64,000 nt of DNA from the NCBI RefSeq assembly GCF_009914755.1, contig NC_060926.1; one strand, written 5' to 3'. The position numbers were made by a program, and so were the translations under genes. Under the pieces are notes generated by a model, which was not told the origin of the DNA, made no database searches, and worked only from the letters and a program-made list of their open reading frames with translations. The stretch's first letter is position 1, and each line of letters opens with the position of its first letter. The DNA comes from the human T2T-CHM13v2.0 reference genome, Homo sapiens. Below, piece after piece: positions 16,392 to 34,634 of this stretch.

Positions 16392-17298
16392 TCAGTGCAA
16401 ACGTCAGTATCACCACGGCTCTTTCCAAGTGCTCACCTCAGCTTGACCAAGGTGTGGCTTTTGTCTCACGTTCTAGTTAACTAAATGCAAGGGGAATTTT
16501 TCATCTGGAGCAAAACCCTGGAAATCTCTGAGAAATACGTCCTAGGCCCTTCTGGTCCTGGCCCTTTACAACCCTGATCCTGGCTCTAGGCTCAGAAGTA
16601 TAAGGAACAAATAAGACCACAGGTCTTTGTCTTCTTCAGAGATGCATAGCCGTCCCAGGTTTCTGGATTACTCTGAAAACTAATCCAAAGAAAGAAATGG
16701 ATACAACTCCTGAAGATATAACCATAACAAAATGAAGACATAACCATAAAACCACTGGGTTTGAAAGGCATTGGCAGACTTTCGAATCCCCCCCCCCGTG
16801 ATCATATGTGAGTACATTATTCTAAACAGAAATTCTACATTTCACAAAAAGTTTGCCCAGCTTCATATAGCAGAGCCAGAAAAGGGTTCTTAGTTAGTTC
16901 AATGCCCTCAGAGAACACTTTATTGCACTTCAAAAATTAAGAGCTGTAAATTGTCATAGTCTTTTGGGAACGGAGTTTGAAAATAGCAATTAAAACACTT
17001 AAAACACATTTTCTGTTGGCTCTTCAAGAAAAAAAAAAGCACCCACACAAGGTTAGATGAGTATGTATGTTTGTGTAGCAGCATTTACAGCGGCAAAAAC
17101 TAGAAATAACCTGACTGCCCCATAGAAGGGGCAATAGTGTATCCACACTATGGAATATTATGCAGTGATGAACAAGGATAAGGTAAATGTATACAAGGCC
17201 TAAAGTGATAGCAATAATGTATTACAGCAAAGAAAAAAAAAACCCAGGTGGCATGTGACATGATGAAAAAAAAAAAACAATTTAAAAACCAACCCAGC

Positions 17299-17342
17299 TT
17301 CTCTCTCTCTCCGTGTGCGTGTGCGTGTGTGTGTATGTGTGT
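17299..17342 (+). repeat. Compound (CT)n/(GT,GC)n microsatellite
   Basis: TTCTCTCTCTCTCCGTGTGCGTGTGCGTGTGTGTGTATGTGTGT read directly. Confidence 0.85.
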
Positions 17343-17384
17343 CTATGGGAAAGGGGTGGTTGGATCCTCACTAGGCTGTACTAT

Positions 17385-17535
17385 TTTTCTGAGACAGGGT
17401 CTCTCTCTGTTGCCAGGCTGGAGTATAGTGGTACAATCATGGCTCACTGCAGCTTCAACCTTCTAGCCTCAAACGATCTTCCCGCCTTGGCCTCCCAAAG
17501 TGCTGGAATTACAGGCATGAGTCACCACACTCAGC
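17385..17535 (-). mobile_element. Monomer-length Alu (old monomer or arm-to-arm recombinant)
   Basis: Right-arm 3' end joined directly to left-arm 5' end in ~150 bp. Confidence 0.75.
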
Positions 17536-19010
17536 TACTTTCCTACATCTTAGCATCGTTCTTCCTATAATGAGTATGTGATGCTTCTGTAAATTTTAAA
17601 AAAGGTCTTCACTTATTTTTAAAGAAAGAAATATTGAACAAGTGCTATGCTCATTGCTAGAGGGAAAACAGAAAATACAATTTAAAGATAAGAATTTAAA
17701 AATCACAAGTAATTGTACCCCTCTAAGATAACCACTGCTCATACTTTTCCCCCCTTATAAATATCTGGCTGGTCATGTCCTTCTGACAGACATCTCTCTC
17801 ACAAAGCTGACTTTCCTGTACCGCCTATTAAGACACTTACCACCCTTATCTTTAATTATATTAACTACTGGGCCTCCTAAACACTGAACATAAAGTGACA
17901 CCTTAAAAGACAAATGTATGAAGGTAACTGCCACCCCATGCATCCTGAAGGGCTCCTCTAAGTAGTACAAAGGAATTATGAAGACTTGGTGAAATCTCTG
18001 CCACCCCAAATCTCCTCTAAATCACAACAGATAGCAGGCAGGAGAAAACAACAAATTATTGGAAGTCTAGTTTCTTCTTATGTTGCCCACATTTATGAAA
18101 CTGCATTAGAAAGTTCATTAAAGAGAGAGGCTAGAAGTAATTAAGAGATACTCCCCAAAACTCTCTCCCCGATTCCTGTTCAGTGAGGTTAAAAGTTTTC
18201 TCTCTCTAGCTCAGAGAAGCAGGGAGCAAAACCCTCAAGTGCTACAAAGCAATCTTAAAAGTACCTAGCATGGAGTCCGTCTTTTTGCTCCCGAAGGAAT
18301 TCAAACCTTCCCCTCCCCATTGCCAAGTCCCATGTTTCCAAGGAGACCTAAACTCTGAGGGTTCCCATGAGCATCTGCCCAGGGCACTGGCTGCTGTCTG
18401 ACTGCGTCATACAAGCTGAGGTCTTCTTGCTTTAGCCTCTCAAGGGAGAAACTGCCTAGACCTGTGGCCCAAGCCCAATAAGCCAGGCTGGGCCTAGGAT
18501 TTGAGTCTTGCAAATTTGAGACATCCTCCAGCGTAAGCAAACTCGCCACAGCTGGGAAGGTACACAGGCCAGTCTGGTAGGCACCGGCCAATCCAAACAG
18601 AAGCCCTGGAGCACAGGGTATTCCCCTTGCCAACCCAAACCCAAGGCCCTTCCTTTCTCTTGTCTCTAAATAAATACTGCAGTGAAAATTAGCGTGCCCC
18701 AGTGCCCCAGGGTCAGAATTTTCAGAGGCAGGCTCGGAGCCAAAGGCCTGCTTCTGGCAGGCTGCTGAGCAGGGCAATGAGCCTTGGCTCTCCGGGCCAT
18801 TTCCTCTTTTATTTACAAGGCCCAGGGGATGGGGCAGAGCTTTCATACTTCATAGAGGAAATGGGTCCTTTTGGCCTTTCCCCTCCTCACCTAGCCTGTG
18901 GTTCCTCCCCGGACGAGACCTCAGTGTTTCCTTCCCATCAACCTCACACAGCCCCTTCAGCCTTGCCCTGACCCATATGCAACACATTAACCAAAGTCTT
19001 CAAAAATTAC

Positions 19011-19308
19011 AGGCCAGGAGCAGTGGCTCATGCCTGTAATCCCAGAACTTCGGGAGGCTGAGGAGGGCAGATCTCTTGGGCCTAGGAGTTGGAAACCATC
19101 CTTGGCAACATGGTGAAACCCCATGTCTACAGAAAATACACAAACTAGCCACACCTGTGGTCCCAGCTACTCGGGAGGCTGAGTCAGAAGGATCACCTGA
19201 GCCCAGGAGGTGGAGGCTGAAGCAAGCTGTGATTATACCACTGCACTTTAGCCTGGGAGACAGAGCGAGACCTTGTCTCAAAAAAAAAAAAAATCAAAAA
19301 AAAAAAAT
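19011..19308 (+). mobile_element. Alu (AluJ)
   Basis: Dimeric Alu with GGATCACCTGAGCCCAGGAGG and A tail. Confidence 0.88.
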
Positions 19309-19324
19309 GACAGGTTTTGGTGGG

Positions 19325-19510
19325 TAGCAGACTACAGTCCTCAGGCTGGCCACCTGCTTCTGTAAATAAAGTTTGATTGGAACACAGCCATGCCTATTTG
19401 TTTGTGTACTACCTGTGGCTGCTTTGGTATTAGGTGGCAGAGCTGAGCAGCTACAGCAGAGCCTGCATGGCCCAGGACCACAGAAATATTTACTATCTGA
19501 CCCCAGAGGA
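19325..19510 (+). mobile_element. MER58A-like hAT-Charlie DNA transposon relic
   Basis: TGTAAATAAAGTTTGATTGGAACACAGCCATGCCTATTTG...AAATATTTACTATCTGACC matches the recalled MER58 consensus. Confidence 0.75.
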
Positions 19511-20744
19511 ATGAGGGCTTGCTAAGGCCTGAGAGAGCAGCAAGAATTCGCTGCCTTCAGTCCCCTCTTTAGCCCTGAGGCTGGCCCCAGCACCTGGCTC
19601 ACAGTTGCCTCCTGATGACCCCAAACTCTCCCTGCCCACTTGCCCTGCACATTCCCCTCAAACTTGTTTCTTCTTGGACATTATGTGCTTAAAGTCACTG
19701 TCTGTCACTGCTGTTCCCTATGGTGTCTACCACACCCCTCCGCAACAGCAATACATTTATATGCTTACTTCCTAGTGGTTCCCCCACCATGCTGTCAACT
19801 CCAGGGTGGCGAGGATCCGTCTGCAGGGACTGCAAAGTGCTAGCATGCAGGGGGCATCAGTACTGCCTCATCCCTCACCCCTTCTCCTAGTCTCTTTCTC
19901 ATCCTTTCCTATTGTGAGTCTGTTTCACATGTTTGACCTGAGTTAAATGTAAGTGAAGTGAAACACACCTTGCTTCTTTTTGCATTGCTCACACAGTGCC
20001 TAGCGAAACACCAGGCACTTAGGAAAGGCAGACCGATTCTACGAACCTGAATACAAACCTTACTTCGTGCACTAGAGAAGAACAAAAGAGGTGACTTGAT
20101 CTATGTTTGCATGTGCCCTGTCACCAAAGGAGAATACAGTAATACAGGCAGTGTATTACTGCTGCCCCTCAGGATGGCGGTGAGAACGAGAGGAAGCAAG
20201 AAGGCCTGTGATGAGCAGTGATGGGCACCGCCGCAAGGCCAGGAGCATTTCCTTTTCCTCTTGGTTCCTCCAAAGTTCCTTCAAGGCTGATGCAACTTTG
20301 CAGAGGTGAACTCAGTGTTAAAGAAGGGCAGGTCAGCCATGGGTATGGGTGGGCAGAGGGCAAGGAGAGGCCCTCTGTGCAGGTGGGTGAGGAAAATCCA
20401 GGCAGTCACCTATTGACTCCGGTAGTCACTTGTGGGTTACATCCAAGTCGAATCCATTTCCCTCCAACAACTGCTGCCACTGTTGCCTAGTTAGGGGTCA
20501 TCTGCTACTCCCCTCCCAGCAGGAATGGCTATTATGTGACAGAGCCACAGAGCTGTCACCTGCTGATTTCATGCACTCAGCAACATTGTTAATCGATCAT
20601 GTGCTCCTTCCAGTGGAACCTGATAGAGCCTCAGGATTCCCTACCACAGCACTATGGGCTAGCATTAGCAATTGCCCAAAATGGAAACATTAGTTATAAC
20701 CTGTTATTTGTTGGTTATCACTGGCACAGAGCACTCCCTTCCTA

Positions 20745-20915
20745 AGAGTGGCTCTCAAACATCAGCATGCAGAAGAACCCCCTGGAAAGCACGGTAAAGA
20801 AAGATTCTGAACTCTATTCTCAGAGATTCAAATTCAGTAGAGGTGGGGGGATGTGCATTGCTCACAAGCTCCAGGGCTGCTGCTGATGCTGGTCTGGGGA
20901 CTGCCCTTTGAGTAG
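20745..20915. mobile_element. MER5A-like hAT-Charlie relic
   Basis: AGTGGCTCTCAAAC...CAGAGATTCAAATTCAGTAG...GCTGATGCTGGTCTGGGGACTGCCCTTTGAGTAG. Confidence 0.7.
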
Positions 20916-21055
20916 TCCTGTTTAAGGGCAGCCACTCTTCTGCCCGGAGACTACAAGGTGAATCTAAAAAGCCACCCACGTGTCGGGGAGCTTCCTCCTA
21001 GGGATGGGCTCCTGTGTCAGTGCGCACCGGAGCCACACCTGATGGCCACCAATCA

Positions 21056-21367
<312 letters not shown>

Positions 21368-21555
21368 TCAGGGCAGGGATAAAAAAAGGTCTGATGGACC
21401 CCAAATCTGTCTCAACAGGCTGTCTTTTCACCCAAGATGTGGAGGAGCTGTTTGACTTGGCCAAGAAGGTCTTCCAGTGAGCAAAGTAACATCCTGCCTG
21501 TCTTCTGCTACTCCCTTAATGGTATAGAGACTAGGCCTCCTTTTCTACCAGTTAG

Positions 21556-21930
<375 letters not shown>

Positions 21931-23634
21931 TAAATTCAAAGTTCCCAAAGGTGGCATGGGGCACTTCCTTGAGACAGGTGGCAAATGCCTGTCCTCAAAT
22001 ACCCTGACATCCCTCATCTACCCTGGCAGACATCACTAATGCATCATGGTGCTGTCCCTGAGCCCAGACATGGCATCGGAATATCTCAACTCCACAGTTC
22101 TGGCAGCCATTACAATCAAGGTGGTACTTGAGATGAAACTGACGCATTCCTCTGATACCTAAGAAAATGCAGTGTGCTGTGTTTAAAGCTGGGCCTGGGA
22201 TACGCTCCAAGTAAAACAAGTTCCCTGTTAAATGAGTTTTTGAGCTACTGAATATTATAAACCTCTAATGCTTCCAAATGTACACAAATACACCAGAGGC
22301 TCTGAGATGTCCTACATAAAGGAACTTGTCTAGCTTTGTACAGGTCCCGCGCAGCAACACTTTCTCAGAAGGCTCCTGGGGCTACCCCAGCCTCTGCGTT
22401 CCTCAGCCTGAGCCTGCTCTACTGTTGCTGATGCACTTACCACCCATCACCGTTCAACAGAGCATACATATACTTGTCTATCTATTTACTGTCTGTCTCC
22501 ACCCCTGGACACTGCTTTATATGGGAGCACATTAGTCTGTGCTTCACTGCTGGTCTCCAGCTCCTTGCTCCTGTGGCACCTGTCAACAGTGCTCTATGGG
22601 AAGTGTGTGATCCAAGGGGCCAGAGGCAGTTCTATCCACTCTAATCTTCCCAGCTATCCTGTGAGGAATACCTACGCCCCAGGCCACCATGGCCCTGAGA
22701 CTTGCGGCAGTCTGCAGGTGGGCAGAGAAGTGACTTCGGGGTCTCTCCTCCAGGGACAAGCCACTACCAAACAAACCCAGATCTAAGAAAGAGAACCCAG
22801 CACCTAGAAGATAGAAAAGGCAGCACAAAAGGTCTCTCACAGAGCTGGGGACACTGTAGGCACTATGAAGTCAAGGCCAACAAGGGTGGCCCCTGCCCTG
22901 TCCAGAGAGGGCAACCAAAAGTTGCTACATGTCTCCTCGGGACCTCAGATTTGGGAATGTCACCACTGGACTTTGCAAAGCTGGTCCTCACCACATGATC
23001 CAGCCTTTGAATGCAAGGACTATGGTTCCCAAGAGGCAGTGGGTACAGGACTGGGCCTTCTCAGACTGCTGTCTCCTGACACATCACGCCTTTGTCCAGG
23101 AAACCCAAGTGTGCCACAAAGAGATGAGGCCATGGGGACACAGGATGATCAGAAAGAACACTTCAGCGCTGCTCATCACCAGTCCCCAGAGAGGGGTGGA
23201 GGGGGTGGCGTGCAAGGAAATGAGGCTCTCCACGGAGGGAAATTAAACCACCTTCACATTACTGACATAGAGGCCGGCCCATTAAGGAGGAAGCCGATTA
23301 AAGGCTGCTGCTGCTGAGCACCACAGCATGAAGTGCTAAGGATGTGAGAAGACGAAGCTAGCTCCCGGAGGGGGTCGGGGGGAGAGCACTAACAGGTGAA
23401 CAGCAAGCTGCTGACCCTGAGAAGCGAAACAGGACCTGGGCAACATGCACACGCCTCTCTCCGGGACTCACTCCCTTTCCTCTTCCCAGTAACCTGGGGT
23501 ACACATTTCTGATGCCTGGAAAGTACACAGGACTGATAACTGATATGCCCCATGCCCTCTTCCTCTCCCCTGTCATGTATTCAATTTGGTGAGGAAGGTC
23601 AAAAGACTAGGCTGAAGTGGGCAGGAGGAAGCTA

Positions 23635-24153
<519 letters not shown>

Positions 24154-24156
24154 CTA

Positions 24157-24510
<354 letters not shown>

Positions 24511-25627
24511 TCAATCTTGTAAGTACATGTCAATAAGACATATCAGCACTATTATATATTTACCAGCCTGTCTCTTTCTAGTAGTAAGATGAACTCAAAA
24601 TTTATAAGCATGCTTCTTTCTTAAGGCATTTTTGCTGAAATCCCTTAATATGCAATTCCTAAAGAAAACTAAGAAGTCCTTCCCACATCAGTACATTTCT
24701 TATGAAGTTCTGTTATCTTGCCAGATAACCAATTCTCACATGCAGTTTCAGTTTTATTTACGGCTTTGAAAAACTTGATCCAAACCAATTACAAACATGC
24801 AGGTGGAACAATTTCTTAAAAGGAACTAGGTTTGCCATACGATATTCTATGTCATCAACTAAGATGTGGGTCTCCAGCTGAGCTATATCAAGTTAGTGGC
24901 TGATTGCCAAGTCTCATTGGAATATTTAACCAATCCTTTTTTAATATTTTTGCCCCTAGCCCTGTCTCCTCCTCTCTCCCACTCCCTACCCAGGGGACAG
25001 AAATACACAGAAGCCTTCAGCTGGCTTAGAGCACCACCTATTGATACTGTCTGGCCATCTACTGGCCCAATCGACTGGGTATGACACAAGGAGACAGATG
25101 GTCCCACGTCTTCCAGTGTGGGCAGATAAGAGAAGAAACCTGTCAGTGTCTTGAGGTGGGAGGGTGAGGGTGGGTGAAGATTCAGTAAACGAGAATGTTA
25201 TGAAAACCCAGTAGTGATGAAGTGGGCTTGTCATCAAACCTGAGGAACACAGGAATCTTCTTTAGCTCTAGGGAAAATAGATGTATTCTACATAAAACAC
25301 TCAGGGTCCCCTTCTGGCTGGAGTCCCAGAGGGAGATACGATCACCTGCATGATGACCGGGCCCTGTTAGCCCAACTCACTGCTCATGGCATTACCTGGC
25401 TCAAGACCAGTGATTGTGAAATGAGTGAGAACTTGTCTCACTGGAGTATCCCCAATGCCTAGACGGTGACTGGCAAGGGCTGCCATGAGGATGGAACACA
25501 GAGAGTAAGGGGGGAGAAAAAACACATCCTGTCAATCACAAGGAAAGAGGGCAGTGGGACATAGGAATCAGAGGATGCTATTTGCCCCTCAGAGGCGAAG
25601 CATTTGTTTGACAAAGGGGACGACCAA

Positions 25628-25931
25628 TTTTTCTTTTTTTTTTAATTATTGAGATGGGGTCTAACTCTGTTACCCAGGCTGGAGGGCAGTGGTGCGATCA
25701 CAGCTCTCTGCAGCCTCGACTTCCCTGGCTCCAGTGATCCTCCCACCTCAGCCCCCTGAGTAGCTGGCACCATAGGCATGAACCACCATGCCCAGCTATT
25801 TTTTGTATTTTTGGTAGAGACAGGGTTTCGCCATGTTGCCCACCTGGTCTAAAACTCCTGGGCTCAAGTGAACCTCCTGCCTCAGCCTCCCAAAGTGCTG
25901 GGATTACAGGCTTGAGCTATCATGCCTGGCC
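25628..25931 (-). mobile_element. Alu (AluJ)
   Basis: Reverse-complement dimeric Alu with AluJ-type CCTGGGCTCAAGTG. Confidence 0.88.
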
Positions 25932-26861
25932 AGGCTGCCCGATTTTTAAGGGACATCAACCCTGGTCACTGGGTACAGTTATCCCATGGTCTTTTCTTGG
26001 AAACTGCACTAAGGCATGCACATGGCTGATGTCTTTTACACTAAGGAGTTTTTAAAAGCACACCAATGCGGGCCAATCAGGAAACAAGCAAAACCACAGA
26101 AAGCCCCAAGTGTAACCTGCACCATAAGTGTCCAAGAGACAGTGGCGCCACCTTGTGATGGGCCTGGCAGACAGCGGGACTGTCGCAGCGGCTGGAGTCT
26201 GAGAACCCGGACTGTCTACCCAAGGCTGCCTATTTGCATCCAGAGAGTACTTTAGAGCTGGGAAGGATCTTGATGACCTCAGCAAGCTTCCTGGGTGCCC
26301 AATTCACCTTTGTACCCACTGAACACCTACTAATTAACCCGGCACACAGATGGGGCTCAGGAAATGTTAGTTGAAACTGTCCTATTCTGAGAGGAATTTC
26401 CACTCTGCAATACTGCCTTCCTGACCCCAATGCTGGAGACATTAACGTGTCCAAAATAGAGCTGGCAACATGAGCTCTAGTACTGTGACCCAAAAGGGAC
26501 ACTCTTAAAGCCTGAGGGAAGTAGGCTATTCTTTCTAGAGCTGCGAGAGCTGGTAGCCCGGAACAGCCTAGGTGTGAAATCTCACCACAAATCACATGCA
26601 CTTTATAGCAGACACTAGTATAAGGAAGTGACTCAACTAGGGTCACCTGGCATGGTCGTTCGGTGTAGAAGCTAGACCAGAACCCACACCTTTCCATGCT
26701 CAGACCCATGTGTGTCCCCCTAATGTTCCTAGGTGCCCCCTAAGCCCAGAGCTCACACTAAGGCTGCTGCCAGCTGCACAGAACATCCCAGGAAGCATCT
26801 CCCAGACCCAGTGTCTACATCCACAGCTCACAGAGTTAGCACTAAGCATGTGTGCTCATCA

Positions 26862-27113
<252 letters not shown>

Positions 27114-27116
27114 TCA

Positions 27117-27485
<369 letters not shown>

Positions 27486-27669
27486 ACCAACATTCCTATT
27501 GCGTTCACAACAAACGGGAAGGAAAGCAAGCCCTCCCACCACCTGCACCTGGAGCGGAACTGCAGCTTTGTCTCTCAGTGCCCTTGGCCCTTTCACCTCT
27601 CCTAGAGGTCACATTTCAGTTCCTTAGTACGCTTTTTTTCAGGTGAAATAAGTTAATTAAAGGGTATTA

Positions 27670-27852
<183 letters not shown>

Positions 27853-27906
27853 TTACTGAGTGAGGAAAAAACAGAATACAAGATAATATGTAGAGTTAAG
27901 GTCACA

Positions 27907-28205
27907 GTTTTCTTTTTTGAGAAAAGGTCTCACTCCTGTCGCCCAGGCTGCTGTGCAGTGGTGCGATCATGACTCACTGCAGCCTTGATCTCCCAGGCTT
28001 AGGCAATCCTGCCACCTCAGCCTTCCAAGTAGTTGGGACTACAGGTGCGTGCTATCATGTCCAGCTAATTTTTGTATTTTTTTTTTTAAGAGATGAGGTT
28101 TTGCTTGGTTGCCCAGGCTGGTCTCGAACTCCTGGGCTCAATTGATCCACCTGCCTCAGCCTCCCATATTGCTGTGATTGGAGGCATGAGCCAACGTGCC
28201 TGGCC
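27907..28205 (-). mobile_element. Alu (AluJ)
   Basis: Reverse-complement dimeric Alu. Confidence 0.88.
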
Positions 28206-29138
28206 TCATTTTTCTTTATAAAAACAAAAAATAGCCCCTGTGTACGTGACAGTTTGTATGCAGGGGATATGATAGCATAAAAATGGGTACTACAGGGACA
28301 ATAGCTCTTAAACCAGGGACTGAGATGGGCAAGGATGGGGAAGAAACTTCACTTGTTTTTAATCACCCTCCTGGACTATTAAAACACAGACAGCACACAC
28401 ATCATTACTTTGATCTTCATAAAAAATATGTTGAATAAAAAAATTTTTTTTTAAGTTAGCCTCCTCCCACCCCTAACAGTTACTGCCAAGAAAGGATCTT
28501 CTGTGGATCAAAGCTTTATTTCAGGTTTCTGGTTACTTTAAAAAATGCCTAGAGAAAAAGATTAAAATGTACTAGGGCCTGCCACAGAAGCAATCATACT
28601 AACTCCAGTGCTTTTTTTTTTTTTCTGATACCTCTTTAACAACATGTTCATTTGTAAGCGCTTATTACACAGAGGTTATAGTCAGCGTTCCACAACATAC
28701 TCTCACAAGGGCTTGAATATACTGCGTAGGTTTTGTTATACACTCAAAAGGAAAGAAGGATTTCCCTTATAGTAAAGTCCCAATTTAAATAAGACAGAGT
28801 TCATTCTTTGATTCACAGAAGGACAAAGCATTTTACTTACGGGCATTTAAAATAAGTTACACTGAACCTTCTAAAAATATGCCAACCTGTATTAAGTGAG
28901 GCCCACCTGCAGTTGTCATTTCATAACCAGGCTCAGCTGCGATAATTGTCAAGTTTTTGGTGCTGGGTATGACCTCTCCTGCTCTATGACTCAATGTCAA
29001 TGTGCCCTGAAGACTGCCCCAAACCTCTGGATCAGTTCCAGGAGGAAGCTACAATCATTACAACTTAAAAGAAGTAATAAGGCAGGGTTAATGAGTCCAG
29101 GAAATAAAAGCCTAGAGAAGATCAAGGCTATTTCTTTA

Positions 29139-29258
<120 letters not shown>

Positions 29259-30090
29259 TCAAAGTGCAATAAATCAGAAACAGGTACTCTTTCTGCAATG
29301 GGATTTATCAATTCTTTATCCCCAAGCCTGCAACTTGACCACAAAAATCAATCTCAAGGGTAGCATATTATCAGGCCTGGATTCCCTCTGGCCCTTAATC
29401 TCATTTCTATAGTAATAAAAACCATATGGCTATTGTATAAAACCTAAAAAAAAAAAAAAGCAAAGTAAAAGAAAACATTACCCATAATCCCATCACATTA
29501 ACAACTCCTATCACTTTTATATATTGTTTTCCAGGCCTTTTTGTCTATACACGTATTTTACACAACTGTAATCTTCAGTGTGGATTTATTTTGCACACTA
29601 CTTTGCCCTTTTAGTATCATCTCATCAGCATGTCTGCATGTTGCTATGTAGCTTTTGCCTGATCACCATTTTTCATGGCTATGTGATATTCCATTAAGGA
29701 TGATTCCTAATTCACTTAACCATATTCTCATAATTGGACATCTGGATTGATTTCCATATTTTGCTATTATAAGTAACATTATAATAAATATCTTTATCTA
29801 CCTGTTTTTTACCAGAAAAGTTCATATAAGTTGAATTATGGATAAATAAGTATTTTTATAGGTAAATATATACTGACTTCTTTTTACAAATATCATACTG
29901 GTGTGTGAGGAATAGATTGGGCTTGGTTTCTCACACTAAGCAAGATCACTCTGGGATGCCATCTACCAGCAATACCCAGGTTACATGAGAAAACGAGGCT
30001 TGGGACTGCCATTCAGGAGGTAGGGACCAGGCATTTAAGATGATTACCTAAGACAAGTAAGTAGTGTGTCTTTCAGGTTCAAAACTTTCT

Positions 30091-30562
<472 letters not shown>

Positions 30563-30714
30563 TTACTCAATGTTCCTTTTTTATTCACATATCAGGACAG
30601 GCACTATGCCTTGTCTGTGTTCCTAACACTTGACAGGGTGTCTAGCTCACAGCAAATTCTAAGTTAAGAGTATACGGCTCAAATATAAAATAGCCTAAGA
30701 TAGTCTACACTTAA

Positions 30715-30876
<162 letters not shown>

Positions 30877-31015
30877 TAGCTTCATTCCACCTCCAATTCT
30901 CCAGCTAGTTTCTTTAAAATCTGCAGAGGATATGTCATCATAAGTTTTTAGAGAAATCCCTAACTTGGAGAACAATTAACAAATGCACCATAATTTAAGT
31001 AGTCTCTGTTAATAG

Positions 31016-31331
<316 letters not shown>

Positions 31332-32130
31332 CATGTCCAGTTATACACTATTCAAACAACACTGTGAGTATTCTAATTCCTTAGGATAAAGTCATCAAAG
31401 CAGAACTGCTAAGTCAAGGAGTCTGCATGTTTAAAGTTTTGATGTCGATAAAAGCAGAATATTTCAATGAGTTAACGCAACTGAAGGAAGCATGGGTATG
31501 CAATGAAGAATGGCCTTGACCTTCAGGGATAACCACAGCATTAGAAAGCTACATATGTTCAGTGGGAGAAAACAGACCCCATTAACCTGCATTTTGTGGG
31601 CATTTCTGAAAATGAGTGTCTGAACTTTCTCTTCTACTAAATAGGTTGGAAATGCTGAAGAAGATCGGTCGAATCTCCTCAGCTCCTGTCCCAGCAATGC
31701 CCCCACTGCAGTTTAGTCACCGTGAAGGCAGAGGCTGTTCTTCAATCACAGGATCTTAAAGTCAGAAGAGAGCTGTGGAAGCCCATCTCCTCACATGCGC
31801 TGCATCCCCTCCTAACAAGAACTTCTGCAGCTTGCAACAATGCCTTCTGCCTAGCTGGGATTTCAGAGCATCTTGAATGTGTCTTTCTTTCAGCTGTAAG
31901 AGGTGCCATAGGAAAAAGGGATTCAGAGGTCAAATAACCTGGGATCACAATGGCTGGAAGTGTCTTGGCTATATGAATTCTCATTTTAAATGTTAATGTG
32001 CCTTGTGGGGCTCAGGGGGGCACATGGAGCACAGGGAGCGCACTGGAGCAGCACGTGTGGCATTTCACAAGCTGACAGCGCTCCTTGTGGGATCACCAGT
32101 CCATGGGGACTACTCAGGCACAGCCCTCAC

Positions 32131-32456
<326 letters not shown>

Positions 32457-33029
32457 AGCCCTCACTTTTTGATTCCCTCTGATACCAGGAACATGGTCAG
32501 ACCCACGCTGAGGCTGCTCACTTTCCTCCACATCACCTGCTCCCCAGGGTTACTGATCTGTGTCACTTGCAGCCCCTTCAGAGAGCAGAGACCACATGGT
32601 CTGGTCTGTGTCCTGGCATTGTGCTCATCACAAACATGGTCCTTGGCATAATGCTGAGCACCCAACAAATAAATGTGTGCTAAATACTGAATACCCAAGC
32701 CTGGAGCTGTAGAAGACTATGGTCTACTTGTTTCTAATGCACAGACTTTTGGTTGCACCATCATATTTGCGTGGCTGCAATGAAAGATGACTTTAGAAGA
32801 ATGGGTTTGGTGAAGGCATTGAAAGGCTACTTACCTGCCGGACATTTGCCCCACGAAAACTATCTTCTAGAAAGAATTCTGACCATCTTTGTTCTCAATC
32901 TATGAACATTTTATAAGGCATCCTAAGGGCTACAGAAGCAATTCCCAACTGGTAATACAAGAAAATTGTTTTGAGGGCAATTTAATGGTTAAGTGTAGGA
33001 AAATCCACTCTTACAGTGTTAACTACCAA

Positions 33030-33310
33030 CCATGAAACAAAATTAAAAAGGCTTTCTAAATGCAGTGTGGTATCCTGGGTTGGATCCTGGAGCATAAAAA
33101 GGAAATTACTGGAAAACCAGCAAAATTTAAAAAGTCTGTAGTTTAGATAATAGTGTTGCACCAATGTTAAACTCAGTTTTGACAAATGCACCATGGTAAT
33201 CTACTATGTTATACAGTAGGGCAAATGAAGTAAACAGTATTAAGGAATTCTCTGTACTATGTTTACTACTCTTCTATTAAGTCTAAAAATTATCCTAAAC
33301 TATAACATTT
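33030..33310 (+). mobile_element. Old L1 3' UTR fragment
   Basis: AAATGCAGTGTGGTATCCTGGGTTGGATCCTGGAGC...TTTTGACAAATGCACCATGGTAA...GGAATTCTCTGTACTATG. Confidence 0.7.
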
Positions 33311-33613
33311 TAAAAAAATATTAAACAGGTTTTTCATTTAGTCCAGGCCATGCCAGAGTGTTCAATGTAAAACATACATCATGCATCTCCAGGAGGGGAT
33401 CTTATTTCCATGCTTATCCCATATTCTCAAACCCTGGTGAAAGGTTTAGTAACAGTATCTGCTATGGACTGCCATGCATGTAACTTCCTCAATTCTAGGC
33501 AAGAGGCTTTAGGAATGCCATTATATAGAGTTAGAAATGGAAACGCCTCAAAACAGCCTTCTATCTGCCACTCAGAAAAAGTGGCAGAGCCAAGTGACAA
33601 TTGCAGGTTGTGC

Positions 33614-33911
33614 TTTTTCTTTCTTTTTCTGAGACGGAGTCTTGCTCTGTCACCCAGACTGGAGTGCGGTGGCACGATCTCAGCTCACTGCAGAGTGCGA
33701 CTCCTGGGTTCAAGCGATTCTCCTGCCCTAGCCTCCTGAGTAGCTGAGATTACAGGTGCCCGCCACCACGCCTGGCTAATTTTTGTGTTTTTAGCAGAGA
33801 TGGGGTTTCACCACGTTGGCCAGGCCGTCTTGAACTCCAGACCTCAAGTGATCTGCCTGCCTCAGCCTCCCAAAGTACTGGGATTACAGGTGTGAGCTAC
33901 CGTGCCCAGCC
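33614..33911 (-). mobile_element. Alu (AluS)
   Basis: Reverse-complement Alu; imperfect TSD CAGGTTGTGC/CAGGTTATGC. Confidence 0.9.
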
Positions 33912-34634
33912 AGGTTATGCATTTTCTACCCTGGAACACTGATGACATAATAAGAAATGAACAGTTAACATTTACATAGCACATATTACACAGCAGGTAC
34001 CGCTCTCAGTGCTTCTCTTGGAATACTCTATTTAATCTTCTGACCACTTCAGAATAAAAACCAAAAAACATTTTTAAATAAGCCTATGACTATAAAAATT
34101 AAAAAGTGGGAGTATTAAGTTATCTCAAAATTTTTCCCAAGCAGAGCTTGGGTAGGGCAGAGCTGAGGAAAGAATTCTACCTGGGGGGATCTGGGTGGAC
34201 AGCCAGGAGTAGCCTGCAGGAGGCGCTCATGTTTTGCTGAATTCTTGCAGTTTTTCTTAAAAATTATTCGCCTACATTTTATTCCAAAATAGATCCACAC
34301 TTGTTTTACAGTAAAATGTTTCAAAATATTTGTCAGGTAAATTTCTTAATTTCTTCCTGAAAAACCTTTCAGAAAAACGACCACCTAAGGCAAGAGGCGC
34401 CTGTGGGGCACTGCCTCATAAAACAGCCCCTCCCATCAGCTCTCCCATGTGAGAGGCCTGAGCTGGGCGCTCGCCAGGGTCCCCTCAGGCCTGAGAGGCC
34501 TGCACACTGTGCCTCTGCTGGCCCCTCCCAAATGCAGCAGAGAAACACGTGGTGAGGAGAACCAGGTATTCCCAGGGTTTAGGACACATCTGCTGGCCTC
34601 ACATGGAGCTCCTCTCCAGACCCAGCCTGCTCAC

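Noticed and set aside
18301-18846. Longest non-exonic ORF (181 aa, minus strand)
   Set aside because: No recognisable domain and no convincing splice context; such lengths occur by chance in GC-rich intronic DNA.
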